From Thermodesulfobacteriota bacterium (GTDB lineage: Bacteria; DASVDK01), in assembly GCA_036381125.1 (NCBI GenBank), contig DASVDK010000271.1, positions 1-39,540 of the forward strand: a stretch of DNA of 39,540 bases, in the 5' to 3' direction. Positions within the stretch are counted from its first letter, which is position 1. Each line of letters begins with the position of its first letter. The position numbers and the translations under genes are program-made. The notes beneath the pieces were generated by a model. The model worked only from the letters and a program-made list of their open reading frames with translations. It was not told the origin of the DNA and did no database searches. This document shows positions 36,341-39,540 of this stretch, piece after piece.

Positions 36341-36975
36341 GGGTCGTCGGTGAGCTGGACGAGGCCGAGGCCGCGAGCGAAGCTGCGGATCTGGAAATCG
36401 TGGTCCTCCGTGAGGCAGTGGAGGTGGTCGACGTCGGTCTTGACCCACGGCTGCCGCTTCGGGATGCCGTGCGACCTGAGCCAGTCCTCGAACCGGCGAT
36501 CGCGCGAGTATACGAAGAGGAGCCCGTGGTCGTCCAGGACCACGTAGTCGTTCGTGCCGGCGCGGCGAGCCATGAGCTGGTGGTGGCCGTCCTCGGCGAG
36601 CCAGTCGTGCTTGAGCTCGAGGGCGCGCACGAGCGCCTCGGCCGGGACCCCCTGGCCGAAGTAGCGGCGCCCCTTCGAGGGGTGCCCGCGGTCGGCGTCC
36701 CCGTTGGTCTCCTTGAGCAGCACGAGCAGCTCCCCGCCGAGCAGCGTGACCGCCTCGGCGAAGAGCAACACCGCCTTGGCCTCGGGCGGCGAGATCACGA
36801 GGCGGAACCGCGTGGGCGGCTTGCCGGTCGCGTCGACCTGGCCGGTGCCGTCGAGGAACTCCTCGCGGAAGTAGCCCGGCGAGGCGTCGAAGTCGCTCCC
36901 CGCCAGCACCGCCGCCTTGCGCTGCGGCAGGCGCGCGGGGCCCGCCGGCGGCTCGACTGCCGTGCGCCGCTTCAT
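36337..36975 (-). CDS. Hypothetical protein (212 aa) with no recognised domain.
   Basis: It starts at the internal ATG 36975 (MKRRTAVEPPAG...). It has balanced composition and a His/Asp-rich C-terminal half (...HDWLAEDGHHQLMARRAGTNDYVVLDDHGLLFVYSRDRRFEDWLRSHGIP...DVDHLHCLTEDHDFQ...). The upstream 394 codons of the listed 606-aa ORF are Arg/Gly/Pro junk. Confidence 0.5.
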   Translation of the reverse strand: MKRRTAVEPPAGPARLPQRKAAVLAGSDFDASPGYFREEFLDGTGQVDATGKPPTRFRLVISPPEAKAVLLFAEAVTLLGGELLVLLKETNGDADRGHPSKGRRYFGQGVPAEALVRALELKHDWLAEDGHHQLMARRAGTNDYVVLDDHGLLFVYSRDRRFEDWLRSHGIPKRQPWVKTDVDHLHCLTEDHDFQIRSFARGLGLVQLTDDP

Positions 36976-37268
36976 TGCCAGGCTCCCAGACCTGTTCGGG
37001 GCATCCAACCCTCCTCGGGGGCGGGCGCGGTGCGGCGTCGCCCGCGAGGGTGCGGGCGTTGCAGCCGGCATGCCGCGGGCACCCGCGAGGGGGGCGCCGA
37101 AAAACGTCCGCCGATTCCCGAGGAAAAGGAGCCCGGTGCCGCTCCGCGTCGCCGGGGGACCGGCCGCGCGCCGGCCCGGCGTGCCGACGTTCTCTGCAGG
37201 GTGGTGACGGAGATTGGCGGCACCGGCCGGGGCGTCCCGCGGCGCGCAGGCGGCCCGGGCCCGAACGG

Positions 37269-38624
37269 TCACCAGGGCCCGGTGACGGCCAGCGTGAGCC
37301 CCGGCGTGCTCGTCGTGCCGAAGACGTTGACGAAGAGGACCGTGCCGTCCGGGCTGAAGCAGGCGCCCGCGAACTCGCTCCGGTCGAGGGCGTTTCGCGC
37401 GAACCGGAAGACCTCGCCCGCGGCCGTGACGACCGAGAGGTGCTGGCGGCCGGGGCCGTCCTGGCAGACGACGAGGCCGCCCCACGGCGCGGCGGTGATG
37501 TTGTCGGGCCACTCCCACTCGCCGTCGCCTCGCTCCGTGTCCGGCGCCGGCGCCTCGAGGTAGAGCTCGAAGAGATCCGGCTCCCCGTCTTGCGGCGTCA
37601 GGCGGAAGATCTGCCCCGAGCGGCCGGCGCCGCCGTCGGTCGAGCAGATGTAGAAGGCCCGGTCGGTCGGGCTCCACCAGATCCCTTCCGCGCGGCGCAG
37701 GACCGCGGCCCCCAGCTCCTGGGCCTGGTGGCGGACCGGCGTCCCCGTCGTGCTCGGGTCGGGAGTCGGGATCGGCACCCACTCCACCTCGAACGGGTAG
37801 CGCAGCGGGAAGGCCGCGCTCGCTCCCCCCAGGCGGTTGCTCGTGTCGACGCCGCCCCGGAACTCGACGAGCCGCATGGCGTGGAGCGAGCCGCCGTCGG
37901 CGAGCCGGCCCGGCGTCGCGGGCGTGAAACGGTAGAGGCAGGCGTCCGGCTCGTCCTCCGTCTGGTAGACGCGTCCGCTCCGCGGGTCGACTGCCACCGC
38001 CTCCCGGCGGAACCGCCCCATCGCCTTGAGCGGCACCGGGGTGACCGGCGCGCGCGCCGAGGCCGGCACCTCGAACGCGTAGCCGTGCCGCTTCGTGAGC
38101 CGGTCGTCGGAGGCGGCGGTGGCGACCGTCTCCTCGCAGGAGATCCAGGTCCGCCACGGCGTCGGCCCGCCGGCGCAGTTGAGGAGCGTCCCCCCGAGGG
38201 TGGGATACGCGCCGAGGAGACGGCGGCCGTCGGGGCTCACGACGAGGCTCGTCGTGCCGCCCTGCACGTGGGCGCCCCGCCCCGGGTCGTAGCGCTTCGC
38301 CGCCGGCACGCTCACCCCTCCCCCTCTGGAGGCCGAGACGTTCATCTCGTGGTTGCGGACGAGCGTGATCGTGCCGTCGGCGTTCGGGAAGGCGGCCATG
38401 CCGTCCGGGTGCGCCGGGGTGGCCGAGCCGTCGGACATCGGGTCGCCGAGGCGCGAGAGGACCCGGTAGCGGAAGCCCTCGGGGAGGTCGAGGATGCCGT
38501 CCGGGTCGGCGACGAGCGGCCCGTAGCCGTCGCGGCCGACCGCGAACGCCTGTCGCGATCCGAGGGCCGCCAGCGCGGCCAGGGCAGTGCCGCCGGCAAG
38601 GAAGCCACGCCGCGAGAGGGGCAT
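37269..38624 (-). CDS. PhoX-family (DUF839) secreted phosphatase with a twin-arginine signal peptide.
   Basis: MPLSRRGFLAGGTALAALAALG is a TAT motif. The beta-propeller-like body with ...LVRNHE...GTTSLVV...CAGGPTPWRTWISCEE...YICSTDGG...FSPDGTVLFVNV matches the PhoX/DUF839 family. The start is at the internal ATG 38624. Confidence 0.7.
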   Translation of the reverse strand: MPLSRRGFLAGGTALAALAALGSRQAFAVGRDGYGPLVADPDGILDLPEGFRYRVLSRLGDPMSDGSATPAHPDGMAAFPNADGTITLVRNHEMNVSASRGGGVSVPAAKRYDPGRGAHVQGGTTSLVVSPDGRRLLGAYPTLGGTLLNCAGGPTPWRTWISCEETVATAASDDRLTKRHGYAFEVPASARAPVTPVPLKAMGRFRREAVAVDPRSGRVYQTEDEPDACLYRFTPATPGRLADGGSLHAMRLVEFRGGVDTSNRLGGASAAFPLRYPFEVEWVPIPTPDPSTTGTPVRHQAQELGAAVLRRAEGIWWSPTDRAFYICSTDGGAGRSGQIFRLTPQDGEPDLFELYLEAPAPDTERGDGEWEWPDNITAAPWGGLVVCQDGPGRQHLSVVTAAGEVFRFARNALDRSEFAGACFSPDGTVLFVNVFGTTSTPGLTLAVTGPW

Positions 38625-38793
38625 GCCTCTCTCCCTACTCCATGTCGCCCCGCCTGGCAACTGGCAGCCGCTGTCTCTGCGAGAGGGTCCGGCGCTCGAC
38701 GCGGCCGTCCGGCGTCCGGCCCGAGGGACCGGCGGATGGACGCGCCCGCGCCGGGCACGCGCGCAACCCGGCGTCCCGACGCGGTCTCGGCGC

Positions 38794-38810
38794 CGGCACG
38801 CGGCGTGCTC
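38794..38810 (+). promoter_or_regulatory. Sigma54-type -24/-12 promoter candidate cGGCACGcggcgTGCTc, 35 nt upstream of the flp pilin ATG.
   Basis: It has an exact GGCACG -24 half-site and a TGCT -12 element with the correct 12-nt GG-to-GC spacing. This is the best consensus match of the three sigma54 candidates in the window. Confidence 0.4.
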
Positions 38811-38843
38811 CCCCTGCCGGCGCGAAGAGCCAGGGAGGGACGC

Positions 38844-39071
38844 ATGCGACGGTCACGTGGGCAGGGGATGACCGAGTACGTCGTCGTCGTGGCGCTGGTC
38901 GCGGTGGCGGCCATCGCCGTCGTCGGCATCTTCGGCCAGCAGCTCCGCGCCAACTTCTACTCGATGACGCGAGCGCTGGCCGGACACGAGTCCAGGACGC
39001 CGGACAAGTCGGGCGGCGCCGAGAAGCAGACGGACAAGAAGGACCTCTCGAACTTCGCGGTCGACAAGTGA
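38844..39071 (+). CDS. flp: Flp/Fap-family type IVb pilin (75-aa prepilin).
   Basis: MRRSRGQGMTEYVVVVALVAVAAIAVVGIFG carries the Flp processing motif G-x4-EY followed by a hydrophobic helix. A GGGAGGG RBS lies upstream. It is the C-terminal part of a listed 698-aa artefact ORF. Confidence 0.7.
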   Translation: MRRSRGQGMTEYVVVVALVAVAAIAVVGIFGQQLRANFYSMTRALAGHESRTPDKSGGAEKQTDKKDLSNFAVDK

Positions 39072-39086
39072 CGCGGGGGCAGGCGA

Positions 39087-39540
39087 TGATCGAGGCCCTC
39101 CTCGCCGTGCCGCTCCTGCTCCTCGCCGCGGCCACCGCCCTTCAACTCGCCCTGGTCGCGATCGCCGGCCTCCTCACCCGGCACGCGGCCAACCTCGCGG
39201 CCAGGGCCGCGGCCGTGAGGGACGGCAGCACCGAGGCGGCCCGCGAGGTGGCCGCCCGGGTCTGCGCCCCGATCGACCGGAGCCCGGACGTCGAGCGGCT
39301 CGAGCCGACGCCGGCGGCGTTCGCCGATTTCGGCGACCGGTTCCCCTTCGACAGCGCCGACCCCGCGCGCGGCCCGCGCACGCGCCTTGCGCGCGCCGAG
39401 GCCGCGCGCGTCGCCTTCCGGGTCACCTGCCGGGTGCCGCTCGGCGTGCCGGTCGCCGGGCCGCTCCTCGCCCGGGCGCTCGGCGCGCGGGGCGGTCGGG
39501 GGCTCGCGCTCACCGCCGTCCGCCGGCCCCGCCCTCAGGC
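39087..39540 (+). CDS. TadE-like pilus assembly protein, truncated by the window end.
   Basis: MIEALLAVPLLLLAAATALQLALVAIAGLL is a TadE-like N-terminal hydrophobic segment, immediately downstream of flp. No stop codon occurs before the window end. Confidence 0.5.

Noticed and set aside
36975-39071. A 698-aa plus-strand ORF.
   Set aside because: It is antisense to the PhoX-like gene. Only its last 75 codons (38844..39071) are real, and those encode the Flp pilin.

Overview
This is a 39.5-kb bacterial chromosomal segment at about 72% GC. Real genes show codon third-position GC above 90%, so most long ORFs in the six-frame track are Arg/Pro/Gly-rich frame shadows, and I accepted a frame only where the translation looks like a real protein. 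I read 44 protein genes and one tRNA.

Left third (mostly minus strand):
- An edge-truncated signal-peptide outer-membrane-like protein at 1..847 that the ORF track misses because it has no in-window stop.
- Hsp20, a GNAT acetyltransferase and a PhaR-like regulator.
- A minus-strand operon of a NirDL/AhbAB-like siroheme decarboxylase fusion, a MoaD-MoaE fusion and DedA.
- An enolase-superfamily (MR/MLE) enzyme next to proline dehydrogenase.
- SppA, a DUF4126 membrane protein and tRNA-Glu(CUC).
- A secreted Cys-containing protein coupled to a hotdog thioesterase.
- A GldA/F/G-like ABC transporter operon with a DUF4340 protein, then MoaB.

Centre (16.7-31.5 kb, plus strand): a complete type II secretion system, gspC-D-E-F-G-H-I-J-K. 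It is interrupted by a lower-GC patch (~300 nt, ~50-60% GC) carrying a sigma54-type -24/-12 promoter candidate and a 63-aa K-rich helix-turn-helix protein of the Xis/MerR (HTH_17) type. It then continues as gspL-M-N. That block is translationally coupled to a tandem-FHA sigma54 enhancer-binding protein, an MFS transporter and a CDF metal exporter.

Right end:
- An AEC transporter, an SPFH protein with a small zinc-ribbon gene, and a two-gene operon with no recognisable domains.
- A TAT-signal PhoX-like phosphatase.
- The start of a Flp/Tad pilus locus (Flp pilin and a TadE-like gene), preceded by the best sigma54 promoter match in the window.

Recurring signals: three sigma54-type promoter candidates (hsp20, the intra-gsp HTH gene, flp); three sigma70-like promoters that abut their start codons, suggesting leaderless mRNAs; an acidic tandem repeat at the GspD N-terminus; and a tandem MshEN-like motif in GspE. 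I found no CRISPR array, rRNA, integrase or transposase. All domain calls come from reading translated motifs by eye, not from database searches.
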